A stretch of 64,000 nt of DNA from Selaginella moellendorffii (GCF_000143415.4 NW_003314350.1:1-64000), one strand, 5' to 3'. Positions 1 through 13,239 are shown, counted from the first letter of the stretch. Program-made: numbers and translations. The notes: a model not told the origin generated them from the sequence alone.

Positions 1-799
1 GTCAAAAATGTAGAAGAACCTTTTTATCCTTCTTTATAGGTTTTGGAGTTCTCTATCTCCCTTATGCTACTTGTAAAAATCTATAGTGAAACATAAATTG
101 AGATTTAAGGAGATTAATAAGAAGAATAATAACAATGTACAAATGAATTTAAATACTATAGCATATCTAATATGTGTAAGTGTGATAGTATTATCATATG
201 TTCTATTGTCTATTGCATGCACACAAATCCAAGAAAAGGTTTTCAGCACGTGAAGTTTGATTGTTAGTGATGATAGTAATAACATTCTGCTTTAGCATGG
301 AGATGCAAGATATCCGATCACATGTAAAATATCAATAGTTTGTCAAATCTTTAGTGTTAGGTGATGTTAGTAATGATAATTCTTCAATGACATAGTTTTG
401 ATTCTCAATATGAGTTGAGTTTTAGCCATATATACAAATACTCCTCAATGGCATTTAGAGCATATGCCTATAATTTAGGTTCTTACACAATACAAAACAA
501 ATTTATGGATATGGATTCATCCATTCATAGATTAAAATAGTACAATATATTTAATATAATAATGCAACATACCAGATTTATACTCTTTAAAGTTCTGTCA
601 TGAATCCAAAATATGTATGAAATCTTGTTTAGAATGCATCCTTTCTATATAAATGGGAAAACTAATATTAATTGTCAAATAACTCACATATTGAAAGGTG
701 CTATATATACCATCATTTAAAAATTTTAAAAAAATTTACATACAATATAAATGTATCTTATGTTATTGATAAAATAATATAGGGTATAAGCCAAGTAGT

Positions 800-1160
800 T
801 TCTGGCCTCCGGACCCGGAAACTGCCCGAGGTCGAGGTCCGGCTCGCCACCTCGGGCAGTTTCTGGCCTCGAGGGCCCGAGGTTATTCAAATAACCTCGG
901 GCCCCCGGACCGGGAAACTGCCCGAGGTCGAGGTCCGGCTCGCCACCTCGGGCAGTTTCTGGCCTCGAGGGCCCGAGGTTATTCAAATAACCTCGGGCCC
1001 CTGGACCCGGAAACTGCCCGAGGTCGAGGTCTGGCTCGCCACCTCGGGCAGTTTCTGGCCTCGATGGCCCGAGGTTATTCAAATAACCTTGGGCCCCTGG
1101 ATCCCCAAACTGCCCGAGGTCCAGCTCGGCCTTGCCACCTTGGGCAGTTTCTGGCCTCGG
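800..1160. repeat. GC-rich tandem array, 96-bp unit, about 3.7 copies, each unit with two internal inverted repeats
   Basis: (G/C)AAACTGCCCGAGG recurs at 818, 914, 1010 and 1106. Each unit contains GAAACTGCCCGAGGT-N16-ACCTCGGGCAGTTTC and GGGCCCGAGGTTATT-CA-AATAACCTCGGGCCC. Confidence 0.92.
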
Positions 1161-1175
1161 GTGAGCCCAATAGTG
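800..1175. mobile_element. Possible CACTA (En/Spm)-type transposon terminus with subterminal repeats
   Basis: The array ends 15 bp before CCCAATAGTG (TAGTG at 1171-1175 = CACTA on the minus strand). The other end is not in the window. Confidence 0.4.
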
Positions 1176-3119
1176 CCACTAACATCATATTGAATCTTGT
1201 GGTTGAGTAGATTTGCAATATATTCCTAGGTATTGATTTGAAACTCCATTAGCAATGCAAGTTTTGCTTGAGCTTTATTACTCACTAGATAGTATTGTGA
1301 CTGATTGCACAATAAGTAATGGTTATATGGTGGAGTTAGCATATAATTCTAGTAGATTGGTGTTTGCTATTAAAAAACATCATTTATTTAAACACTGGCT
1401 TAGAGTTACCTCTAACCTCAAGGAGGTAATTTATATTTATTAAGATTTCATTACATATTTATTTTTGTTTTATATATCACACTCACCTTGAGTTTTTAGA
1501 GTTTGAGGTTTTTGAAGTCTATTAAAGTATGCAAAGGCTATGGCTTAACAAATGCAAAGTGAGCACAATCCCAATATAGACGGAGGCATAGAAGGAAATG
1601 ACATGTTGATGATGACATAGAAGAAAGTTAAATGAATCCTTACTTGAGAAGAAAATCCTATTATATATCAAATCGTCAGTAATAGTGTTAGTGTTAGTTA
1701 TCAATGTTAATATCATATTCCATAATTGCAAATTGGTATTCTCACATGCAACCATCAATTTGTAATGTTTGTGTGTTGTCATCTCATCCTTCAATATCTT
1801 ATCAACAATTATATGAAGTGATAACACTAATTATGTAGCAGTTGTGGCAATGCTCAAGAAAACTATAAAAGCCCTTAAAATGTCCTGATCTAAGAAAAAA
1901 AAGGCATATTAGGCATCTTAGAATTAAACTCTCAATTTGTTCATTAATTCCCACTAAATCAAGAGTGAGATCTTCTATGGATTGGGTGTAATAGACTTCA
2001 ACTTGAGGAAACTCCCCATCATTGACTTTGTCAATAGCCTAAAAAACCCATATTCTACACTAGCTAATGCATTGTTTCCCATGGGGATGTTGTTCCTCAC
2101 CATGAAGAAATAGTGGGTATGTGTCTATAATTTATTCTTGAATTTATTGTACATCCACACTTTCTACGCCCATTGTTAGGCAATTTAAAAAAAATTTGTA
2201 ATGAAGACATTTGTCTTGTCCAAAAAAAAAGTAACATATTAGACATTGAATATAATAGCATTTTGTGCTTTTAAGTAGTCTTGCCATACCAAGAGCAAGA
2301 TCTTGCAAAAACATGTGGCACTGCTCTTGAAGCATTGAAGGTAATTACTCTTTAGTAACAATATTCAAAATTTTGTATACAGGGAGCTTTAGTTTGACTT
2401 TATAAAAACCTTTAATAGAAAGAAGATTGTAATATGGTTATGGTGGAGACGAATGTGGAATGTTGGTAAACCTTAGGGATGAAGGTAGAAACTAATATGA
2501 AATGTTAGGGACTTATAGATGAGTAGTAATGACTTTCCTTTGAGCCATTTCTATATTAAATTTTTTAGGAGCGTAAGGATAATAAAAATACTATAATAAC
2601 TAACTTTTTTGGCATTTATATATTAATTTTTAGTCTTGGGAATAAGGTTTATTTATTATGACACTAATAATACTCAGATTCTTGAAATGTCAATCTTAGA
2701 AATGAGATTTCAAAATCATAGTCTATTTATGAATAGAAGAGCTTCTAGCATTCTAGATACACATGCTAGAATATTTATCATTTTAATGACCATCTATATA
2801 TATATTTTTCTACACTTGAACTTTCTAGAAAAATACACAAGGAAATATAAATTATATTATAGTAGTAGAGTATGCAAGCACACGGGCCCACATGCATTCT
2901 CTTATGTGAGATTACCTCTCAAGCTTGGAAATGTAGATAAACTTGATTCTTTGATGTGATATCACTTTTGAGTCTTTTAAAATATTTTGATTTCTATTAT
3001 TATTGTTCACAAATGACTCTCAAAAAATGCTAGTGGGGATTCATCCAAAAAATATACCTTAGTTTTCTCATATAGGAGGATTGTGCTATAGGCAAGTAAG
3101 TAGAGTTTTTTATATGAAT

Positions 3120-3628
3120 TACTATATAATGGTCTTTACATTCTAATAAGGACTAGAAGTGTAATATGAAGATTGTGATAATGAAAGAAAATTAATATTC
3201 TCACATTGATTTGCCCTACAACTCTTACTTACAGATATTTTATTTTACTTAAGAACTCTAGAATTAATGAATTTTATGTAAATATATATTGCCTTACCAT
3301 TATACACTATAAATGGCTACCCTTCAAAAAATTTATCTTGATTCATATTAATGAATTGTAAGAAAATCAAAATATGATAGTTGTAAAGATAGTCTTTAGT
3401 AAGAAAATAGATAGGTTCTCATGAACTTAAAATTTTCTAAATAACTCAATCTAGTAGAAACTTTTGACCTAGGTATTCATATATTTTAATATTTTAAAGT
3501 TTGTCAGAACCTTAAATTTTTTAACATAGATTTTCTTTGTAAGAGTTATAGTTGACTACATTGACTTACATTGACTTGTGTTGAATTGAGCTCAACTCAT
3601 GAGCTCAACTCAACTTTGGACCATCCCC
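3120..3628. mobile_element. AT-rich terminus of a putative non-autonomous DNA transposon (hAT-like), homologous to 36670-37320
   Basis: Shares ATAATGGTCTTTACATT...AAGTGTAATATGAA and TTGACT...GCTCAACT...GAC(C/T)ATCCC blocks with 36670-37320. Confidence 0.45.
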
Positions 3629-3666
3629 GCTAGAAGCTCTTCTATTCATAAATATACTTACCATCT

Positions 3667-4735
3667 TTGGTATACTTTAGTAGGGCCGACTGCAGTGAGT
3701 TGGTGACCCTGCATCTCAGTCACAACAATCTCTCCGGTGTTATACCAGAGGAGATATCTCGCTTGAAGAAAATGTACACGCTAGTTCTTAGCAACAACAT
3801 GCTATCTGGATCAATCCCGGCATCTGTGGTACAGATACCAAGCCTTCGAGGTCTTCTACTTGGGCACAACAAGCTTGAGGGTGGTCTTCCAGTGGAGCTA
3901 AAAAACACCAGCAATCTAATCCAGCTTTCACTGAACGACAACCAGATGGCGGGAGAAATTCCAAGCTGGGTCGGCTGCTCAGTTAAAGAGACGCGGTATA
4001 ATAATGATGTAACATTCCCCTACTTGATGGTGTTGCTGTTCAACATAGAGCCATCCATCTGCAAAGGCTACAACGAGGCCATGTTCATACTCCAGGGGAT
4101 ACGTTTCCATGAGTTTGAGCAACTTCCCATTGCAACCAGATGCCAAACTTGGTTCTACCTAGCACCTCCAGGTTTCAACATTTATTTAACTCCAAATCAT
4201 ACTAGCCACTGGTGCATCGATATCTCATTCAACAGCTTCACAGGAACAATCCCAACAGAATTCTGTGCGACTCAGAATTTGTATTGGCTGAACCTTGCAC
4301 ACAACTTGCTCACAGGGGCTATTCCTTCCAATGGGCAACCTCAAGAACATTGAGTGGCTAGATCTCTCACAAAACCAGCTCGAATCACAGATCCCGGGCT
4401 CGCTTGCCGACCTCACCTTTTTGAAGTACTTCAACATCTCACACAACAGGCTTCTTGGAGGGATTCCACAGGCAGGGCAGCTTCCAGTTTTCCCAGCAAG
4501 CAGCTACGAAGGAAATCCGGGGCTGTGTGGCATCCCACTTGCAGAATGTCAACGTGCTGCTCCTGATGACCATAATTTGGATAATCATTCTGGTGGGAAG
4601 GATGAAGATGGAAGGATGCTGGCTGGCATTGTTGCTGCTGTTGTTTCATGTGTTTTATGGAGCTGTGCAGTATTCTTCAGCAAGAGTTGGGAAAGATTAC
4701 TTCAACGGGTCTTGATGTCTTGGTTATATTATTGA
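3667..4735 (+). pseudogene. LRR receptor-like protein (RLP), 5'-truncated, frameshifted near 4330
   Basis: Plant LRR consensus LxLSxNxLsGxIP, an island region, then LRRs, the cap SSYEGNPGLCGIPL, a TM segment (LAGIVAAVVSCVLWSCAVFF) and a short tail with no kinase. GAIPS and MGNLKNIEWLDLSQN lie in different frames. Confidence 0.85.
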
Positions 4736-5109
4736 GTTAAATTCAAACTGCAGTCAATAAAAGTGAAGATAATGTAGTCTATAAAAGTGAATACAATCTT
4801 TCAAGATTTCTAGCTTACATACGTTCATTAGCAATGGTCATATGAGTGGTTTGGCAATGAAGAGCTTGTTGCTGATTTGCATTAGTCCCTACTTTTTCAT
4901 GTCATGTGTTCATGACTTTGTTTCTGTATTATATGTAAGGATAGATATGCATTAGTTGCATTTTCACTGTTGACACATCCAAAATATAACACAATCTCCG
5001 AGGTTCCAGAAAATCTAACTTGTCCAGGCTCAATTTCTTTAGCAATTAACACATATGTCAAAACTTGATTTTTATACTTACCCATCTTTATCTACTATTC
5101 TCTTCTTAG

Positions 5110-8100
5110 GTTGCTTTAGTGCTAATAGTTAAGATGAAATATAGTATATAGTGTCTTTGCATGAACTACAAAAGATTGAATGATAAGATATTGAAAAATA
5201 TGTTCTCAATCCCTCATATCAATGATTTGGTGTATTGTGGTGTTTGCTACTTTTCAAAGATTGATTTGAGATTAATGATATCATCAAATTAATATTAAGC
5301 TGGAAAGACAGTATTTCAAACAAGGACAAGTCACTACAAATTATTAATGATGCCATTTGGTTTGACAAATATGCTTGCAACTTTTCAAAGGTTTAATGAA
5401 TCAAGTTTTGCAACCTTACTTGGGGAATTTTGTGATTGATTATTTTGATTGTAGCGCACTTTATCTTTCTCCCCTTAAGCCAACTGAAAAAGGGGCAATT
5501 ACTTGATGAGAGAGAGCCTTTAGTGACTATTTTATCTCTATTTATCCCCCAAAGTTACAATATATCTAAATCTTATCCCATGATCACATGCGTTACACTC
5601 ATCCCCCCTTTAGAGATGTCAATGTCTTCATTGACTATTGACTAATAATCTTTACTGAGCCAAGGGGAACCAACACCTCCATTTCCGCATTGAATCTACT
5701 AATCCTTCCATTGTGTAGATTAACTATTCCATGTGAAGCAATTAATCATCCACCCGTATCGCAGTCCCATGGTGGATACTTTCGTCCGTGGATACTCCAC
5801 ACAAGAGGAAGGATATACGCATGGATGCCCAATACGTGCGATTTCAAATTTAGAGGTAGGAATATACCTTGCTCAAGGATATATTATATTTTTTAAGTAA
5901 CCACTAATCAATGGGAATCAAACCCATGTCATTTGCTTCGATACCACATGTAACGCACTTTATCTCTCTCCCCTTAAGCTAACTGGAAAAAGGGCATTGC
6001 TTGATGAGAAAACTCTTAGTGGCTATTTTATCCCCATTTATCCCCCAAGGTTTCAAGGATCTACGGTGACAATATATCTAAATCTCATCCCATGATCATA
6101 TGCACTATATTGATGATATCTTGGTATTTAGTGTTACCTTAGAAAAGCATGAAATGCATGTGAAACAAAGTGTTGGAATTCTTGAAAGACAACAGGAAAT
6201 TGAATATCTTAAGCATTTGATTTTAATGCATGGATTGAGAGTTGATCTAGCAAAGATCAAGGTTGTGGTTGAGTAGTATATCACCTACTCCCTTAGCTAA
6301 TCTTCTCCAAAACACATTGAAGCATACTATTATATATAATTGGGATGCAAAATGTCAAATGGCATTTACACAGTGGAAATAGTATTGTGTTTCTGCTTCA
6401 GTGTTGAATATCTTTGATTCTAAGAAGTCACTTGTGGTTAAGATAGATGCGAATGACATTGCTATTGGAGTAGTATTGCTTTAAGTTGGGCATCTTCTTC
6501 ACACAACAAAATTAGCTGACTTGTGACAAGGAGTTATATGATATAGTTAATGCTGTGAAGAAATGATGACATTATTTATATGGATTGGAGTTCTATATAG
6601 ATTTAGACTATTAGTCTCTCCAATATTTTATTTATCAAACAAATCTTCAAGGCCACTTTGCATGTTGGTAAGAGTTCTTGTAGGAAATGTTAGTTAAGAT
6701 CCAATATCGATGAGGGGTGACAATAAGGTGGTTGATGCATTACCTAGGATAGTGAATTATATCTCGTTTGTGAAATTATATAGTGATCTTTTGGATGAGC
6801 TTAAAGAGTTTGTTGACTTCAACTCCTTTATCATTAATATGCACATGAAGATTTGAAGAGGGATGCCTCTATTGTTGTGAAAGGGGATAATTTTATGTCA
6901 TTTGAAATACAAGATAGAATCTTGGTGAAAAAGGGTTATATGGTGGTTCCTTATGTTGATAAGCTCATCAAAAAGATTTTGGTGGAGTGTTATGATATGC
7001 CAAATGTTGGGCATCCAGAGGTATTAAGGATGTATGTGTTGGTAAAAACACATTTGTTTTGGCTTGGGATGAAGTTAGATGTAAAAAAGTACATATACAA
7101 TTGTTTGACCTACTAGGCAATTAAATCTGATCATTAGAAGCTCATTGACCTTTACCATCCTCTACGTATACTTGAGCATAAGTGGGATAGCATCTCGATG
7201 AACTTTATCACTAATTTGCCCAAAACCTTTCAAGAAAATGATATTATTTGGGTTGATATGGATTGTTTGATGAAGATTGGCTCACTTTTTCCCCATGAAG
7301 ACAAGTCTTAAAGCTTTTGATCTTCCTTAGTTATTTGTAAACTAATTATTTAGTCTGTATGGTTTGCTAGGTGATAGTATAAGTGATTGGGATCTCAAAT
7401 TCATGTCAAAGTTTTAGCAAATAGTATTTGAAAAATTAGAGACTAAGTTGAACATGAGTAGAGGTGAGCATCCACAATTTGATAGATAAACAAAGGGCAT
7501 AAATCAATTGTTGGAAGATATGCTATGATCATTTGTGGGAAACTTGATTAAGCAAGATGTATGGGAGAAGTATTTACCTTTGCTTCAGTTTGCTCACAAT
7601 AGACTAAATAATTGGCTATTGACATATCTTTATTTATGGTGATATATAGTTGCAAGCCAAAGTCTCTTGTGGGTTTGAGTTTAGCTTTAGTTCAAGTGCT
7701 TTTTGCTTGTGATTTCCTAGAGGATATACAAGACAAACTTAAGTTGGCAAAGTTGAATATAAGGCAAACTCAAGATCGAGACAAGAGATTAACTAATGAG
7801 CATTATCGTCATTAGGAGTAAAAAGTTGGTGATAAGGTTTTCCTTAAGTTGTCTAATATGCTCAGGTCTCTCAAAGGAGGTAGTAATATTAAGTTGTCTT
7901 TGTAGTATTATAGGCTTTGTGCAATTTTGCAACGTGTGGGAGATCTTCCTTACATTTTAGACTTGCTAGCTAGCTCTAAAATTCATTCGAAGTTCCATGT
8001 GAGCAAGTTAAAAACATGTTTATACTTTAGCAATATCTTGGATTAGCTCATCATCCAGGTTCTAGAGATTGATGCTGAGAAAAGCTAGTCTAGCATATAT

Positions 8101-8690
8101 TCTTGTTCAAAGGTTGGTGAAAATATGCCATAAAACGACTCAGGAATTGTCAATTCAATAGAATGGCTATTCTAGTGATGAAACTACATAGGAAACTAAA
8201 GATGAGATGAAAAGAGTATTTCCAAGTTTTGACTATGATTTGGACAATATTCCTAAGGAAGGGGAGAAGTAATTTTTATACCATATAAGTCATTTTACTC
8301 TTGTTATTTCTCTTGTTTTTATGACTGTATTATCATACTTGCCATTTCCCTCTATATTTACTGGAGGTATATTTGGCCGTATTTGCTTCTTATGGGATTC
8401 AAACCCTGGACCTATAGTGACAAGATTCGAACCCAAGATCTACCATGCATGTGCATACATACATGGGCATCCAAGATTGGTATGGACCCATGCCTAAATT
8501 AGTTTCCTGGATTAGCTCAAGAATTGATCAGATTAGTTTCCAAGGACTCTATAAAAGTAGAGTTTTTAGGACTTTGTATTTAGAGTGTTCAACATAAACT
8601 TTTTTTCCTTAATCTTTTCCTTTGTATTTGTCTTTTGATTTTGTCTTTTTCCTTATCATCTCTTTCTCTCACTGACGAGTTCCTAACAGT
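5110..8690 (+). mobile_element. Degenerate Ty3/Gypsy (chromovirus-like) pol: RT, RNaseH, integrase, chromodomain relic, PPT and probable 3' LTR
   Basis: MPFGLTN and YFDDILVFS (split by the TRIM), DANDIAIGVVLL, GHP...FWLGMKLDVKKYIYNCLT, WDSISMNFITNLP. PPT AAGGAAGGGGAGAAG at ~8255-8269. Many stops. Confidence 0.88.
5450..6109 (-). mobile_element. TRIM (terminal-repeat retrotransposon in miniature), 660 bp, 5-bp TSD TTGAT
   Basis: LTRs at 5450-5597 and 5949-6109 (TGT...ACA/ATA). Minus-strand PBS TGGTATCGAAGC next to the right LTR and PPT AAAGGGGGGATGAG next to the left LTR. TTGAT at 5445-5449 and 6110-6114. Confidence 0.93.
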
Positions 8691-9379
8691 TTGAACACTC
8701 TGATATCCATGGCTTCCTCTTGTTCAGCTTCAATCATATCTTAATATTCTACAGAAGTCATATCAAATGTTAGAACAATCCAACACTACTCTTCAGTCAT
8801 AACTCTAGCAAGTTCTTCAACACCAACAATGGCTCCCTTCCTTAGAATTGAAGATTGGTATGCCAACAAAATTTGATGGTATATGATCTAAGTTTCATGG
8901 ATTTCTCAACCAAGTGAAGCTTCGAATTGTTATGTAGCTTGCTTGCTATTTCATTGCAACTTATTGTGTAGGATTGATCAGATCTCTTCTCACTGGAACT
9001 CCTCTTTCTTGGTTCTCCACTCTTTTTAAGAAGAATAATCCTGTCCTCCAAGATTTTGATCTTTTTATTCAATGCTTCATTAGTATGTTCAGCAATACTG
9101 ATTGAGAGTACATCATCATCAACAATTTACAGCAATTATGCCAAGGCTCTAAGTCTACATCCACCTATGCTTCTGAGTTCTAGATGGTTGCCACTGACAT
9201 CTTGTGGGATGATGCAACTCTCAAAGAACACTTTCGGCTTGGTTTGTGTGATGATATGAAAGATTTGATGCTTTCTCATCCAGATCCTACATCTCTCATG
9301 ATGGGCATCAATCTTGCTGTTTGGTGTGATAATTGACTTCAAGAATGTCGGCTGGAATGACATCCAAATTTTGTTTCAT

Positions 9380-9555
9380 GTCCAGCACCCCTGGTTTTTG
9401 AGAACCCCGTACATGAGCTAGGTGCAGTTCCAATGGAGATTGGAGCTACCCGACGGTGACGTCTTTCTCATGCTAAGAGACAACATTGGATTGAGAACCA
9501 CTTATGTATGTATTATGGAGATGTAGATCACATCCGGCAACAGTGTCCTCATCTT
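9380..9555 (+). mobile_element. Gypsy gag C-terminal fragment
   Basis: Translates as PMEIGATRR*RLSHAKRQHWIENHLCMYYGDVDHIRQQCP, a degenerate CCHC knuckle. Confidence 0.65.
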
Positions 9556-9581
9556 CCATCAAGATCACAAGCACAAAGACC

Positions 9582-10202
9582 CCAGGATTTTCTCCGTTCT
9601 CTACACTAGCATCTCCCTCTAACATTATAACTGAGTCTGTGTTTAGGAAGTTCTTCCCATCCAACTTTGAGTCCTTTCTAAACATACATTGATTTCATTG
9701 TGCAACAAAATACTATCCCACGTTTGGAAGCTCAGGGAGTTTTGATGTTCAAAAGAGGGAACTGGCTGCCTACTTTGCAAATGTGAAGCAGGAAACTGGA
9801 AGTAAACTCACATAGCATTTATCGATTAATCTCATACTACGGAGAGGACATTTGCAGCTCACCTGGTAAGTTGGAAATGTTATATTCAAAATTTAAAGAG
9901 TATATATATACAGGAATTACAATTACGATGCTTCTGGAAAGGCTTTCAACATGAACCTCCTCCAAAATCTAGACCAGGTTGCTCAGAATGGCGTCCTTTA
10001 GTGGAGGTCATCAATGTGGTTTTGGATGCAAAATTCGAATTGCCACACCGCAATAACATAGAACCAAGGATTTGGAGCTACAATTCGAGCAATCAATGGA
10101 GGTCAGGATTGTGGCAAGGGCAGTGAGACACACGCACAGAACCATATCAATTATTACAAGGACTTTGCTCACAGTTGGGTGTTTCACCAGGCTGTGCTTA
10201 AA
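9582..10202 (+). pseudogene. GH19 chitinase pseudogene (5'-truncated, exon 2 partly deleted, premature stop)
   Basis: Collinear with 24255-25033. Exon 2 start is missing (ATCTCATACTACGG junction) and there is a TAG in exon 3. Confidence 0.88.
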
Positions 10203-10474
10203 CAAATGTTTTTAAAAGTTATTATTAATCAACTAATTAGTAATTAATTATAAGTTATGATGATGCTTTTCAACCTAAAGCTTCAAGTTTCCCTGCTAGA
10301 ACATGAAGGACAAGAAGATTTAGCGAGAGAGGGGGATAGAGCATGTATACCAAGGTGTGGCAATAAAGAGACTTATTTGGAGATCATCTTTGAGTTTTAA
10401 GACAACAATCATATTGTTTCTGCAGCTCTAGAAACGATCAGCGACATCAAGTGCTCACTCAACTGTTGATTATC

Positions 10475-11196
10475 ATGGAGTTCTTGTCAATTGCGGCAGT
10501 TCTAGTGATTGCTGAGTTATTTGCTCCAGGCTTGGATTTCCAATGTCCAAAAGCCATGTTCTGGTTTGGGGATTCTATTGTCGATACAGAGAATGTTCAA
10601 GCAGCAGCTCCGTTTATTAGTGCCGCAGAGTATAAGCCTTATGGCATGACTTTCTTCAGTAAGCCATCAAAGAGATACTCGGATGGTCGTGTGGTTGTCG
10701 ACTTTTTTGGTAATTGTGTGTGTTGATTAAACAGCATTTGATGTTATTTGTGAATGTTTTTGCAGCGGAGGCTTTTGAGTATGATAGATTCCTGGATCCC
10801 ATTTTGCAAAGTATTAACTTGAATTATGCCAATGGGGTGAATTTTGCTGTCTCTGGAGCAACTGCTTTGAACACCAGCCTCGAAGTTCCACTGTACCTTC
10901 CGGTTCAGATTGACCAGTTTCTGAGGTTCAAGCAGGATGCTTACTACAGCAGACATGGTAAAGGTAATGATTCTTCTCAGACTTTGCAAAGGTAGTTTCA
11001 TTCATGGATTCTTCTGTAGGGATGTAAAAGCTAGTTCCTTATTATCATCATCTAAAGACTGCTCTGTATGTGGTTGTCATAAGTATTAATGACCTCAATT
11101 CCTACTTGTTGGAGCAAAGAAGCCTTGAGAATGTAACAATTGAGGTTGTTCCATATGTTGTGAGAGCCATCTTTCACACATTATAGATACACAAAT
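10475..11196 (+). pseudogene. GDSL esterase/lipase, 3'-truncated by retroelement DNA
   Basis: FGDSIVDT, PYGMTFF...RYSDGR and GVNFAVSGA motifs. Homology to 55627-56958 stops at ~11196. Confidence 0.85.
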
Positions 11197-11199
11197 TCT

Positions 11200-13230
11200 A
11201 GGTTCCAAATGTATAATAGAGATAGTGGGTAGGTTAGGTATGGCCAACCAACCTGATGCATAGTTTAGCTCCTGCTTGCATTCATGTATTTGTTCTGTGT
11301 CCAACTTAGGTCTAAGCTCAAGTTCCACACTATACTAGTTGGTGGAGTACTCATATCCTTGCGTTAAACTACCAATATGTTAAAATAGCGCCAAACTTCA
11401 TTTGACTCCATTTTATGATTCTTGAGCGTATAGTCTAAGGAACGAAGGGACAAAAGCATAGAGCGACTTAGAATAATTTTAGAGCATTTAGCATTCTAAT
11501 GCCAAAACTAACACACTTTGTGCTTCAATTATTTCGCTCATTAACTCCATATTTAGGAGTTTGGCTCCGTTCCTTTGTTCAATGGCCCAAAACCCTGAAA
11601 CTTGGGTTCTGCTCCACTATCCTTAGACATGTGACATATGACATGTGATTCTATGGTAAATCACTATAGGATAAAGGGTGAAACCATATGTGTTACAACT
11701 TTATTATTGCCTCTATACTTATATTAGATTTTAGCACACATTTCCTACAAGAACTTCTGCCAATGAGTAAGGTGGCCTTGAAGGTCCTTTTAATGATTGA
11801 AATACTGAAGAGACTGATGGTTTGAATCCACAATAATTGTTATACTGATAAATGTAGAATTAATATAAATAAAAAACTGTGTTGAATATTTAGTAGTTTT
11901 TAAACCTTTTCACTATTTTAGTGGAAGTCTAATCTATATAAATAATGTTGCCATTCCTTCACAACATACAACTCCTTATCTCAAGTAGGCCAATTCCATT
12001 GTATAATATCAAACTTTGTGGCTCATGACTGTGAAAGAATGCCTAACTTGAAGCAACAGAACCCTAATAACAATATCACTCATATTATTGCTTATCATTA
12101 TTTATTAATCACTTTAGCATTTGTTAACCCATTTAGAATAATCCTTACTTTGATGTTGAGCTTTGTGGCAATGAAAACAATTACCCTTTACCTTGTCCAT
12201 TTCTCCGTGGTCCAAATGAAATTTCTTAGCCTTATTGCCATCTCCATATTTTGAGCCATGCAATGGGTATTTCTTCCCTGAATATGAAACATTGGTAGGC
12301 TGGTCATCACATTGACTACCCCATAGACCATCCCATTGACCTGAGTTGACTGAGTTGACTAATGGTTTTGGAGAAAAGATCTAAACCTTAATAATAGCAT
12401 CAGTCAATGTTTTTAGAAAATCCTTCTTGACCTTTTGGTGCACATCCATTGAGCTCAAACCTTTGATAAAACATTGCACCTTTAACAATTCATTAAAGGT
12501 ACTTATAAAACTAAGGCAAAGATCATAGAACTGATGGGCATATGCATCCAAAGATAAAGTCCTTTGCCTGATCTCTAGTAGCTGGTTTATGAGATCAACA
12601 TTTTTAAACTTTTTGACAAATGAAGCGTAAAAAATCTTTTTCAAATCACTTTAAGAAGTTCACTTAGAATTAACTTTGATGTAATTCTTCCACCACAAAG
12701 AAGTATGGCCTGTCAGCTTTGTCATAAAAATAAATAAATTTTCACATTATCCTCACAAGGATTGTGAGACCAACAACTTTCCCACAATGTCAACCAAGAA
12801 TCAACTTCTTATCTATCACAAATATTTAGTGATAACTTCTATTCCACAATACTATAATTCTTGACATGTTTAATGTACCAATGGTAATCACGAATATGAG
12901 ATTGATTCAACCCTTCAAGGTTCATATGAAATAAGAAATCTTTAATGAAATTGATGGAATCCTTAACCTTCTTAATGACGTTCTGAACCTCAATAATCTA
13001 GTGACTATACTATACTACAACACCATCAAGAGTTTTTTCCTCATCATCATGATTGTCATCACTAACACCATACACCTCATCAAGATCTATATCCCACTCA
13101 TTTGCCATCCCCAAAAAAACATGTTATTCCAATACCTATAAAATTAACAAGGAGTAAACCCTAGGCCAATCTCCCAACCCTTAATGCATTACAGCCTTAA
13201 AGCCATAAAATATTCTTGGAATATTCCTGT
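11200..13230 (-). mobile_element. Degenerate Gypsy gag region with an LTR-like segment (~11210-11697)
   Basis: Retrotransposon gag-like translation (LLEIRQRTLSLDAYAHQFYDL...FIKGL). A paralogous copy lies at 45140-47360. Confidence 0.65.
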
Positions 13231-13239
13231 GATTTGTGT

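Noticed and set aside
726-1160. CRISPR-like array or 118-aa repeat protein
   Set aside because: The segments between palindromes are identical rather than unique spacers, there are no cas genes, and the context is plant DNA. The ORF is a by-product of a 96-bp unit.
1200-3100. Possible retroelement relics (knuckle-like RSCSWY, Copia-like 3' end near 2910)
   Set aside because: Too degenerate to assign or delimit by eye.
5450-6109. This TRIM as a Cassandra element
   Set aside because: No recognisable 5S A-box or C-box in its LTRs.
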